Below the pieces are notes generated by a model that ran no database searches, had not been told where the DNA came from, and was given only the letters and a program-made list of their open reading frames with translations. DNA of 24,000 nucleotides from Sphingobacterium thalpophilum (lineage in GTDB: Bacteria > Cyanobacteriota > Cyanobacteriia > Cyanobacteriales > MRBY01): positions 22,836 through 46,835 of the forward strand of contig CALRTB020000008.1 of assembly GCA_943371005.1 (NCBI GenBank), read 5' to 3'. The position numbers were made by a program, and so were the translations under genes. Every line of letters starts with the position of its first letter. Within the stretch, counting starts at the first letter, position 1. This document shows positions 16,375-24,000 of this stretch, one piece after another.

Positions 16375-17364
16375 CTAACGGGGCAAGGCATATTTGAAAT
16401 CAGTGGAACCCTGGTAACCAGAAAGTTCGGCCAGTCGTTGCAGTGATTGGGTACCGGAATAGCGTTCTCCGTTAATGTCCCAAGTGGGAAATCCTTCTAG
16501 GCCAGCGGCAGCACAAACATCAGGTTGGCCATTTGCGCCTTCGGGGGCACATTCAATATAGGGCACTTTCGCAAAGGCTTCCTTCCCAAATAACTGTTTT
16601 TGGTCGTAGCAGTGGGGACACCAATAAGCACCATATTCTTTCGCCCCAATTTCTGTGAGATGTTCGGCCAGGGCTATTTCTGCGGGGCCGGAGGTGGTGG
16701 TGATTTCCCAGCCTGTGGGCGGTTCAGGGGCGCGGTTCGGGACTTGGGTAATAATTTCTTGGCCCTGATCATTGAGCACAGGGACGCTGCCTTGGATATT
16801 GCGTTCGATGCTGTTGTATAAACCGAGGGTCCCAAGGGCGGTAATGATCGCCACCACAAAAATCGTCAGGAACACTTCACCCCAATCGTCCCAAAAGCGA
16901 CCAAAGAGGGTTAAGAGTAAAAAACTCGCGGCAAAGGTGGCCGAGGTAATGCAGTAGAGACAAACGCCGCCAATTTTCGCAAAGAGAATGTACATCAGGT
17001 AGGCGCTGAACAGACTCATGGCAGTGGCGCCAATGAGCAGAAAGAGCCATGTCCAATCTTCGTATTTGTTCCGCAGTTTTTTGTTATCTTCGGGATTAAT
17101 CGCCAGGGGTACTAGGGAAAAACCGGCCATGGCGAGATAGGCGATCGCCCCAAACAGTGACAAGGGCAAGCCAAAGACAAAGGCGTAGGGACTAGAGAGC
17201 ACATCACTACAGCTCGCTGCTGCTTCTGTACCACAGGCCACCTCTGCCCCGAAAAGTTTGGAGATCGTCAGGTAACTGGTGAGCAAAAAGCCAATGATGG
17301 CGATCGCCCCAATAATAGGGCGGGACCACTGATGGATCCAGGGTTGAGAACGTCGGCGTACCAT
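16375..17364 (-). CDS. Vitamin K epoxide reductase homologue fused to a thioredoxin-like domain (disulfide-bond formation)
   Basis: 329 aa with 5 hydrophobic segments, the loop Cys pair VACGTEAAASC, the VKOR active-site CLYC, and a C-terminal Trx-like domain with WCPHC. This architecture is known for cyanobacterial VKOR. Confidence 0.9.
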   Translation of the reverse strand: MVRRRSQPWIHQWSRPIIGAIAIIGFLLTSYLTISKLFGAEVACGTEAAASCSDVLSSPYAFVFGLPLSLFGAIAYLAMAGFSLVPLAINPEDNKKLRNKYEDWTWLFLLIGATAMSLFSAYLMYILFAKIGGVCLYCITSATFAASFLLLTLFGRFWDDWGEVFLTIFVVAIITALGTLGLYNSIERNIQGSVPVLNDQGQEIITQVPNRAPEPPTGWEITTTSGPAEIALAEHLTEIGAKEYGAYWCPHCYDQKQLFGKEAFAKVPYIECAPEGANGQPDVCAAAGLEGFPTWDINGERYSGTQSLQRLAELSGYQGSTDFKYALPR

Positions 17365-17404
17365 AGCGCGTCAAAAAAATTCCAAGCAATAAATTGTCTA
17401 CATC

Positions 17405-17926
17405 TTAAACCTGCGGGGCGGCGGGTTGCAGTTGGCTGACTAAATGGCGCAGTTCCGGCAAAATGAGTTGTTCCATGGCTAATCGCACCGCCCCAGTCGA
17501 TCCGGGTAAGGAAAATAAAATCATCCCCCGATAGGCGCCTGCCACCGCCCGGGAGGCGATCGCCCTAGAGCCAATCTCCTCGTAACTCAAGGCCCGGAAA
17601 ATTTCCCCAAACCCCGGCAAGGTTTTTTCTAAATGTTTGGCCAGCATATCGTAGGTGTTGTCCCGGTGGGCGATGCCGGTGCCACCACTGAAAATTAATG
17701 CTTCTAAATTCGCGTGGGCGAGGTGCTCTAAACGGTGGGCGATCGCCTCTGGATCATCTTTGATTACCTCATAATCCCCGATTTCATGGCCTGCGGCGGT
17801 GAGTAATGCTTGAATTAACTGGCCGCTTTTGTCTGTTTCTGGCGATCGCGTATCGCTGACAGTGATCACCCCACAACGGACAACACGCGCAGCAGGATCA
17901 GGATGAGGTTGCAGCATGATCAGCAA
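17405..17926 (-). CDS. moaB: Molybdenum cofactor biosynthesis protein B (MoaB/MogA family)
   Basis: 173 aa with VITVSDTRS and the SGGTGIAHRDNTYD motif of the MoCF_biosynth domain. Confidence 0.85.
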   Translation of the reverse strand: MLIMLQPHPDPAARVVRCGVITVSDTRSPETDKSGQLIQALLTAAGHEIGDYEVIKDDPEAIAHRLEHLAHANLEALIFSGGTGIAHRDNTYDMLAKHLEKTLPGFGEIFRALSYEEIGSRAIASRAVAGAYRGMILFSLPGSTGAVRLAMEQLILPELRHLVSQLQPAAPQV

Positions 17927-17977
17927 AGATGATTAACAATGGTTGTGACAACAAACCCCTACAGGAGAAGTTAAAAA

Positions 17978-18460
17978 ATGCTAGACGAACAGGCCAAAAA
18001 AACAATGCTCCTCCACATTCCCCACGCATTATATATCTGCGGTGTGCGGGATGGTGACGAGATGAATGGCTTTACCGCCAGTTGGGTGATGCAAGGTTCC
18101 TTTAAGCCCCCCCTCGTGGTCAATTGTGTCCGCTCCGATTCTGGTTCCCACGCCATGCTCAAAAAAACCGGCGTCTTTTCCCTGAGTTTTCTTGACGACT
18201 CCCAAAAAGATATGGCCGCCAATTTCTTCAAACCCAAACGTCGGGTTGGCAACAAATTTGAAGATGTGGAATTTTACGAAGGGGCCGAAACTGGCTGCCC
18301 AGTGATCAAAGACTCCCTTGGCTATGTGGAATGTAAAGTGGTGGGAGCCGTTGAACAGGGCGATCACACCGTCTTTGTGGGAGAAGTAATTGGCGCTGGG
18401 GTACACCGGGAAGGCAAAATCCTCGACCTAGCCAGCACAGGCTGGAGTTACGGCGGTTAA
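17978..18460 (+). CDS. Flavin reductase-like FMN-binding split-barrel protein
   Basis: 160 aa with NGFTASWVMQGSFKPPLVV and GDHTVFVGEV, typical of the Flavin_Reduct domain. AGGAG lies upstream of the ATG. Confidence 0.8.
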   Translation: MLDEQAKKTMLLHIPHALYICGVRDGDEMNGFTASWVMQGSFKPPLVVNCVRSDSGSHAMLKKTGVFSLSFLDDSQKDMAANFFKPKRRVGNKFEDVEFYEGAETGCPVIKDSLGYVECKVVGAVEQGDHTVFVGEVIGAGVHREGKILDLASTGWSYGG

Positions 18461-18524
18461 AACAAGCTCCATTTTGCCGCCAACCAACCGATACTTTTTA
18501 ACGAAATTTTCCTGATTTAAAACG

Positions 18525-18875
18525 ATGCCTCTGATTAAAGTTCAAACGTCTTTACCGCCTGCTTCCCAAGGGGATGTAGAAGCCCTCTTGCTCAATTTGT
18601 CCCGCAAGCTCGCGACACACCTCGGTAAACCAGAATCCTATGTGATGACTGCTTTTGAGGCCGGTATTCCCATGACCTTTGGCGGGTCGATTGATCCGGC
18701 TTGCTATGTGGAGATCAAAAGTGTGGGTACCATGGGCGATCGCACCCGCACCATGAGTGAAGACTTCTGCAATGAAATTCACCAGAGTCTCGGTGTTGCC
18801 AAAAATCGCATTTACATTGAATTTGCCGATGCCAAGGGCAGTATGTGGGGCTGGAATGGTTCTACTTTCGGTTAA
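18525..18875 (+). CDS. MIF / tautomerase-superfamily protein (Pro-1 enzyme)
   Basis: 116 aa beginning MPLIKVQTS, which gives a catalytic Pro after Met removal. Length and beta-alpha-beta pattern fit macrophage-migration-inhibitory-factor-like tautomerases known in cyanobacteria. Confidence 0.8.
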   Translation: MPLIKVQTSLPPASQGDVEALLLNLSRKLATHLGKPESYVMTAFEAGIPMTFGGSIDPACYVEIKSVGTMGDRTRTMSEDFCNEIHQSLGVAKNRIYIEFADAKGSMWGWNGSTFG

Positions 18876-18943
18876 CCGCAGACGATAATCAAAGCGATTC
18901 AATTGAGTTTGGGGTGGTCAAAATAAACTCCGACTAACCTGAG

Positions 18944-18980
18944 AAAGCTGCCGCACTTATCAATTTGGGGCAGCTTTTTT
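18944..18980 (+). terminator. Intrinsic terminator after the MIF-like gene
   Basis: AAAGCTGCC (18944-18952) pairs perfectly with GGCAGCTTT (18969-18977) around a 16-nt loop. The stem runs into T6 (18975-18980). Confidence 0.6.
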
Positions 18981-19277
18981 GGCGATAAAGCTCAAAATCT
19001 TTAGGCGATCGCCAAGGGCCAATTACGCAATTTACAGTAGGTTAAAAATGTCTGCTATAGGACAGTTTGCGGATGTCAGCGGCATTAAGAAGGAATTTCC
19101 TGGGTAGTTGTTTCACAAAACAATTTAAAAGTCCAAATATCTGCGCCAAAATGCGGAAAAAGTACGCTTTGACGCCCAAATTCAAGCTTTATTTTTGCTG
19201 AGATAGTACAACGATCAATGTTTAGTTCTGATCGCTATTTTTTGGCAGGACTATCTAAATTTCACTCAGGAGTTCCG

Positions 19278-19814
19278 ATGAAAAGTCAGACAAAACGCCT
19301 AAAACGCGCTTGTAGCTACCTTGCCCTCACCCTTGGTGCAATGTTTCCCTCGGTTGCCCTAGCGGGTCATACCAATACGATTTTGCACACAATGATGGAT
19401 GGTAGCGCTGAGGTGCCAGAAGACGGCAATATGGAGCTACTTGTTGGTGATGCCAATGGTGAAGGCCATGCCTACGTTTTTGGTATTGATAATGATCCAA
19501 CAACGCTTTGTTATTCGATGACAGTCACTGGTATCCAACTCGTCCCCGTCGGCTCTGGGATGGCGGCCCATATCCATGAGGGCGCAATGGACGAAAATGG
19601 CCCAGTGGTCGCAGTTTTAGCCGGGCCAGAGGATGGCAATGCCGCAGACTGTCTTACGGAAGGGGAAGAAGGGAAATTTCCCACGGGCGAAACTGGAATT
19701 GTGCAGCGTATTTTAGAGAATCCCAGTGATTTTTATATCAATGTCCATAACCCGCAGTTCCCCGGCGGCGCTATTCGGGGTCAACTCAGCTCTATTCATT
19801 CCCATTCTCACTAG
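19278..19814 (+). CDS. Secreted CHRD-domain protein
   Basis: Signal peptide MKSQTKRLKRACSYLALTLGAMFPSVALA. CHRD-type motifs are AAHIHEGAMDENGPVV and FYINVHNPQFPGGAIRGQL. A His-rich tail SIHSHSH ends the protein. The start is set at the ATG at 19278, preceded by CAGGAG, not the ORF-track start at 19218. Confidence 0.75.
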   Translation: MKSQTKRLKRACSYLALTLGAMFPSVALAGHTNTILHTMMDGSAEVPEDGNMELLVGDANGEGHAYVFGIDNDPTTLCYSMTVTGIQLVPVGSGMAAHIHEGAMDENGPVVAVLAGPEDGNAADCLTEGEEGKFPTGETGIVQRILENPSDFYINVHNPQFPGGAIRGQLSSIHSHSH

Positions 19815-19874
19815 GGATAGAATTTGAAGTTCACAACTTTCACAATACTTTGCGCTGAATTTTTGGGGCGATCG

Positions 19875-19929
19875 CCCGCAGCTTTTTTGTGTTTCCAAAA
19901 GGAATCTCATTAAGACTGCGGGTTTTTTT
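19875..19929 (+). terminator. Candidate terminator between the convergent CHRD gene and ndhM
   Basis: CCCGCAG (19875-19881) pairs with CTGCGGG (19916-19922) and is followed by T7 (19923-19929). The loop contains a small TTCC-AAAA-GGAA hairpin. A HIP1-centred palindrome GGGCGATCGCCC (19866-19877) abuts the stem. Confidence 0.45.
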
Positions 19930-19954
19930 GATTTCTAGAAGCGTGGAGCAAACT

Positions 19955-20314
19955 CTACTGAAGGTAAGCACCCTGGCTATCGGGGTGATCCATTTGGGGT
20001 AAGCCCATACTGAAATTCATCACCCGGGAGTCGAGGTTATAGCGGAGTTCGCCTTTTTGGAGTAGGTCGCGAATAAAAACTTCTAGATCGGAGCCGATCC
20101 GCCGCAGGTTATATTCCGTTAAATCTTCGCCACTGTTATTTTCCACGAGGGCATCAAACTGGCGATAGACTTTCTGGAGGCTTTCTTCGGGCCAAACGAA
20201 TTCGTTATCTGGATCGACATCCAAGGTGAGCACGGTTTCACTGGGGATTAATTCATTTTTCTGAATTTCGGCAGTGTAGATGCGGACGTGGCGGGTCGTG
20301 GATTTCAGCAGCAT
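19955..20314 (-). CDS. ndhM: NAD(P)H-quinone oxidoreductase (NDH-1) subunit M
   Basis: 119 aa. MLLKSTTRHVRIYTAEI...LTLDVDPDNEF...LTEYNLRRIGSDLE...RVMNFSMGLP matches the conserved cyanobacterial NdhM sequence. Confidence 0.9.
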   Translation of the reverse strand: MLLKSTTRHVRIYTAEIQKNELIPSETVLTLDVDPDNEFVWPEESLQKVYRQFDALVENNSGEDLTEYNLRRIGSDLEVFIRDLLQKGELRYNLDSRVMNFSMGLPQMDHPDSQGAYLQ

Positions 20315-20429
20315 AGGACTTAACAGATAAGATGAGAATTATTCTGCAACAATTGCTATTGTGACATTTCCCCAGTGTACAGATAAAGTTTTTCTTGGTG
20401 TGGCGACAGACGATACGACAGAGTTCTCA

Positions 20430-20870
20430 ATGGTCCCAAAAGCGAAGATCCAGTGGAAATGCCTGGGGCAACTCGTGATTTTTGGTGTAATGCTGCTCAA
20501 TCTCTGGGGTTGTACGGCGACAGCGGCCCCCCGGGAATTTGCCCCGGACGGTGAAGTGATCCAACGGGCGATCGCCACCAAACTCCAAAGCCATTACCAG
20601 CAACTGAGTCAGACTATTAACGCACCACCGCCCAACTTGGAACTAAAAAATATCCAGGTGAAAAAGCTCGATTCCTTTTTTCTCCAAGCGCTCCCGGTTT
20701 ACCATCTCCAGGGCACCTATGATGTGGTGTTGAATTTTCCCTCCCAGCGCACAGAAAACCGTCGCCGCAATCCCTTTGAGGTTTATCTCCAACGGCAACC
20801 CGAAGGAAAAACTTGGCGATCGCTCGAAAAAAATCCCCAGGGTTGGCGATCGCAACAACTCCCGCGATAA
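20430..20870 (+). CDS. Hypothetical exported protein / putative lipoprotein
   Basis: ORF with an N-terminal hydrophobic segment ending in the lipobox-like LWGC (QLVIFGVMLLNLWGCTA). I prefer the ATG at 20430 over the GTG at 20361. No family recognised. Confidence 0.55.
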   Translation: MVPKAKIQWKCLGQLVIFGVMLLNLWGCTATAAPREFAPDGEVIQRAIATKLQSHYQQLSQTINAPPPNLELKNIQVKKLDSFFLQALPVYHLQGTYDVVLNFPSQRTENRRRNPFEVYLQRQPEGKTWRSLEKNPQGWRSQQLPR

Positions 20871-20936
20871 CCCTCATCCTCGTTTCCCTGACCCTCTACA
20901 ATAAAAGCAATCCGTCTCTGCCCGATTTCCCCGCCT

Positions 20937-21476
20937 ATGTATGACGAAGAAGATTACCGTCCTGTCCGCCGCTTCCCAAAAGTCCCCCTAGACAGACGCT
21001 TTTGGGCTTTTTTTGTGGATTTCATCGTGGCTTGGATTATTAGTGGCTTAGGAGGATTCACCCTGCAGTGGTTAGTCTTTCTTGTCGTTTGGTTTGGCCT
21101 GCGGGTCTTTCTCGTTAGCCGTAACCAAGGTCAAAGCCTGGGCAGTTGGGCTTTTGATATCAAAGTTATCGATATCCGTTACCGGGTGCCGGAAATTATC
21201 AACCTCAGCAAACGCGAAGGCATTTTAGGGTTTGCTGCTATGCTCGCCATGTATGGGATCCAGAGTTTTTTCTTGATGGGCAATGGGATCTCTCTCATCC
21301 TGTTGGTGTCACCCCTCCTTACCACCTGTGGCGTGGCGATCGCCGACGAAGAATTTAACCAAGCCTTCCACGATCGCATTGCCGAAACCTATATGATCCA
21401 AACCCAGCGCGGTTTTTCCCTCGATTTGCGCCTAAAACAAATCCTTGCCGAGCTAAGACAGAATATGCAAAAATAG
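20937..21476 (+). CDS. RDD-family membrane protein
   Basis: 179 aa. The N-terminal RRFWAFFVDFIVAWII motif, three hydrophobic segments and a distal AFHDRIAETYMI match the RDD domain pattern. Confidence 0.75.
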   Translation: MYDEEDYRPVRRFPKVPLDRRFWAFFVDFIVAWIISGLGGFTLQWLVFLVVWFGLRVFLVSRNQGQSLGSWAFDIKVIDIRYRVPEIINLSKREGILGFAAMLAMYGIQSFFLMGNGISLILLVSPLLTTCGVAIADEEFNQAFHDRIAETYMIQTQRGFSLDLRLKQILAELRQNMQK

Positions 21477-21528
21477 AAATTTGTGTGTAAACCTTAGCGA
21501 TCCACAACCGCTAACCTAGTAAAAAATT

Positions 21529-21723
21529 ATGGCAAGCAAAAAAGGCGTCCGCATTACCATCACCGTGGAATGCACCGAATGTCGCACCAATACCAACAAG
21601 CGTTCTAACGGCGTGTCCCGTTATACCACTAGCAAAAACCGCCGAAACACCACCGGGCGGCTCGAAATCAAGAAGTTCTGCCCCCACTGCAACGCGCACA
21701 CTGTCCACAAAGAAATTAAGTAG
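21529..21723 (+). CDS. rpmG: 50S ribosomal protein L33
   Basis: 64 aa with zinc-ribbon cysteines CTEC...CPHC and the conserved [21 protein letters not shown]. Confidence 0.95.
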   Translation: MASKKGVRITITVECTECRTNTNKRSNGVSRYTTSKNRRNTTGRLEIKKFCPHCNAHTVHKEIK

Positions 21724-21787
21724 GTAATTCCTGTACCGCTGAAATTTTATCGACAAACTTTTTATTTTTTAACGCTATTTATTAACC

Positions 21788-22003
21788 ATGGCCTACTACC
21801 GTAAACGTCTTTCTCCGATTCCTCCTAGCCAGCCGATCGATTACAAAGATGTCGAACTGCTCCGTAAATTTGTCACCGAACGCGGCAAAATCTTACCCCG
21901 TCGGATCACCGGCTTAACGGCTCGTCAACAACGGGATGTCAATACCGCCATTAAGCGGGCGCGGATGCTGGCCCTGTTGCCCTTCATCAACAAAGAAGGC
22001 TAA
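21788..22003 (+). CDS. rpsR: 30S ribosomal protein S18
   Basis: 71 aa with the conserved [33 protein letters not shown] block. Confidence 0.95.
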   Translation: MAYYRKRLSPIPPSQPIDYKDVELLRKFVTERGKILPRRITGLTARQQRDVNTAIKRARMLALLPFINKEG

Positions 22004-22045
22004 AGTGATGCCAAGCAATTCTAGGTGTTCAGTTTAGGATTGCTC

Positions 22046-24000
22046 TTGTATAGTCGCGTTAGGCAACAAAGCTGGTGGAAAAAGGACAACTGATTGAGTT
22101 TCGGCTACAGGGAGAACGAGTACTTGCTGTCGCTGAGCGTCCTGAAGGAAAAAAAGATTGGATCGTAATCGATGGACGGGGGCAATCCCATAAGCTGCGT
22201 CCCCAAAGGGTTGAATATACCGTGGCGGGTTCCCCCTACGATCCAACCGAGATCCCCAGCTTTTCCGTAGAAAGTCAGGCATTAGTTGATCCCGATAACC
22301 TCGCCGTCGCCTGGGAATTTCTCGTCGAAGCCTCGGAACAGGCAACCCCAGAATCCCTCGCGCAACTTTTGTTTTCGACGAAAACGCCCCAGCAATGTTA
22401 TGCCTGTCATCTGATGCTGGCGGAAGACAAGATTTTCTTTAAACGCAAAGGGGACTACTACGAGCCCCGTCCAGAAGTGCAGGTTCGAGAGATTCAACAT
22501 CAGCTAGAAGTTGAAGCCCAGAAAGAGCGCGAAAAAACAGAATTTTTACAGCGGGTTAACCAGGCGATCGCCGGAGAAACGGTAACCTGGGAAGACAGTG
22601 ATCGGCAACGTTTCGAAAGCCTAGAAAAATTTGTCCTCTACCCAGAACAATCGGCCAAAGCCGCCCATGATCTCCTCGAAATGTTGGGGCGATCGCCCAC
22701 AACCGAACAGGCTTTCCGCCTCTTAGTTTCCCTTGGGTGGTGGAGTTCCCACGAAAATCTTGCTCTCCTCCGGAGCGGTTACCCCAGAAAATTTTCTCAG
22801 AAGGTACTCGATGTGTCCCATACCCGCCTGTCAGCCTCGCCCGGTGATACCGATGAGGGGAACCGTATCGATTTAACCCATCTTAAAACCTACACCATTG
22901 ACGACGAGAGTACCTCAGAAATTGACGATGGTCTCAGTATTGAAACCTTAGAAAACGGCCTGCATAAAGTTTGGATCCACATCGCTGATCCCACACGCTT
23001 ATTAAGCCCTGGGGATGAACTCGATCTAGAAGCCCGCCGCCGCAGTACCAGTCTCTATTTACCAACAGGGATGATTTCGATGTTCCCGGAAGAGTTGGCG
23101 ACGGGGCCGATGAGCTTGCGCCAAGGACAAGTCTGTGCGGCTCTCAGTTTTGGGGTTTTGCTCACAGACAATGGGGCGATCGCCGATTATGAAATTACCC
23201 CCAGTTGGGTGAAGCCCACCTATCGCCTGACCTATGACGACGTGGACGAAATGCTTCATCTGCGGATCCAGGCCGAATCAGAAATCGCCCTCCTCGCGGA
23301 TTTTGCCCACAAACGCCGAAAGTGGCGGGATGCCCAAGGCTCCATCAGTATCAAGATGCCAGAAGCCTCCATTAAGGTGCAGGACGAAAACATTTTTATC
23401 GAAGTCCTCCATGCCTCCATGTCCCGGGAACTGGTTGCTGAGATGATGATCCTCGCCGGAGAAGTGGCAGGCCATTACGGGCGCACCCATGGTTTACCCC
23501 TGCCTTTCCGGGGACAACCCCAACCGGAACTCCCCCCCCAAGAGGAACTGTTATTATTGCCCGCCGGGCCTGTGCGCGCCTGTGCGGTACGGCGTTGTAT
23601 GCCCCGCAGTGAAATGGGCACCAATCCTGTACGCCATGCCAGTTTGGGGTTAGATTCCTATATCCAAGTCACATCCCCCATTCGTCGTTACACTGACCTG
23701 TTGGCCCATTTCCAAATCAAGGCCCATCTGCGGGGGGATGAACTGCCTTTCTCGGTGGATGAACTCAAGGAAATTCTCTACAGCGTTGTTACTTCTAGTC
23801 AGGAAGCCGTCCATGTAGAGCGCCAAACCAATCGCTATTGGAGCCTCGAATATTTACGGCGTAATGCGGATCAAGTATGGCAAGGGTTAGTCCTACGCTG
23901 GCTCCGGGAAGATGAAAAGTTAGGCATTATCCTCTTGGAAGAACTGGGTCTAGAACTCCCCCATCGCTTTGAACGGGCCGTTGCCTTGGGCGATCGCCTG
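22046..24000 (+). CDS. rnb: RNase II/R-family 3'-5' exoribonuclease (RNB domain), 3'-truncated by the window end
   Basis: I translated this open frame by hand. It runs from the stop at 22022-22024 to 24000 with no stop codon, which is why it is absent from the ORF track. The RNB catalytic motifs are YTIDDESTSEIDDGLS and HASLGLDSYIQVTSPIRRYTDLLAHFQ. The start is uncertain: TTG at 22046 (AGGA 6 nt upstream), TTG at 22040, or GTG at 22025. There is no in-frame ATG before about 22411. Confidence 0.85.

Noticed and set aside
17927-17977. A possible Moco riboswitch upstream of moaB.
   Set aside because: The spacer to the divergent flavin-reductase gene is only 51 nt. That is far too short for the ~130-nt Moco RNA motif, and no conserved elements are visible.
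21511-21756. An 81-aa minus-strand ORF antisense to rpmG.
   Set aside because: It is exactly antisense to a highly conserved L33 gene and has no features of its own.
22482-22488. A T-loop-like GGTTCGA that could signal a tRNA.
   Set aside because: It lies inside the rnb coding frame. It continues GAGATTC rather than GGTTCGAATCC, and no acceptor or anticodon stems can be drawn around it.
22034-23490. Minus- and plus-strand ORFs at 22034-22345, 22282-22500, 23059-23259, 23234-23446 and 23278-23490.
   Set aside because: All lie within the hand-translated RNase II-family frame, which carries the RNB catalytic motifs. The ORF track lacks the real gene only because it has no stop codon in the window.
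1-24000. I looked for CRISPR arrays, IS or transposase ends, integrases, toxin-antitoxin pairs, reverse transcriptases, and NtcA (GTA-N8-TAC) sites in the intergenic regions.
   Set aside because: I saw no regularly spaced 25-40-bp repeats, no long terminal inverted repeats, no such protein domains in any frame, and no exact NtcA palindrome in the spacers I scanned by eye. This manual scan cannot exclude degenerate sites.

Overview
This looks like a cyanobacterial chromosomal segment. The HIP1 octamer GCGATCGC recurs throughout, and the window carries oxygenic-phototroph NDH-1 subunits L and M and a VKOR-thioredoxin fusion. The style resembles Synechococcus sp. PCC 7002-like strains, but that species guess is unverified. 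I call 26 densely packed protein-coding genes, almost all recognisable core functions. In order they are: glgP; a small membrane protein; a stand-alone vWA protein; a translationally coupled mtnB-mtnD-mtnC methionine-salvage operon; a 2-TM hypothetical; an orphan RsbW-like kinase; rlmD; a 2-Cys peroxiredoxin; an ArnT/PMT-like glycosyltransferase with a long C-terminal extension; ndhL; a DUF3007-like protein; trpA; a CLC-CBS-USP fusion; VKOR-Trx; moaB; a flavin reductase; a MIF-type tautomerase; a secreted CHRD protein; ndhM; a putative lipoprotein; an RDD protein; and rpmG-rpsR-rnb. The rnb gene runs off the window end and is therefore missing from the ORF track. I found no rRNA, tRNA, CRISPR array, transposase, integrase, phage gene or recognisable defence gene. 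I do not see convincing evidence for a new multi-gene system, and the window reads as an ordinary core region. The most unusual observation is that the CLC homologue has all three canonical anion-site residues replaced: Ser to Gly, gating Glu to Arg, and Tyr to Phe. The internal proton Glu is kept, and the protein carries a CBS pair plus tandem USP domains. Lesser leads are repeat and hairpin motifs in several intergenic regions, and an A6 run at the rnb 5' end that breaks an otherwise attractive GTG start.
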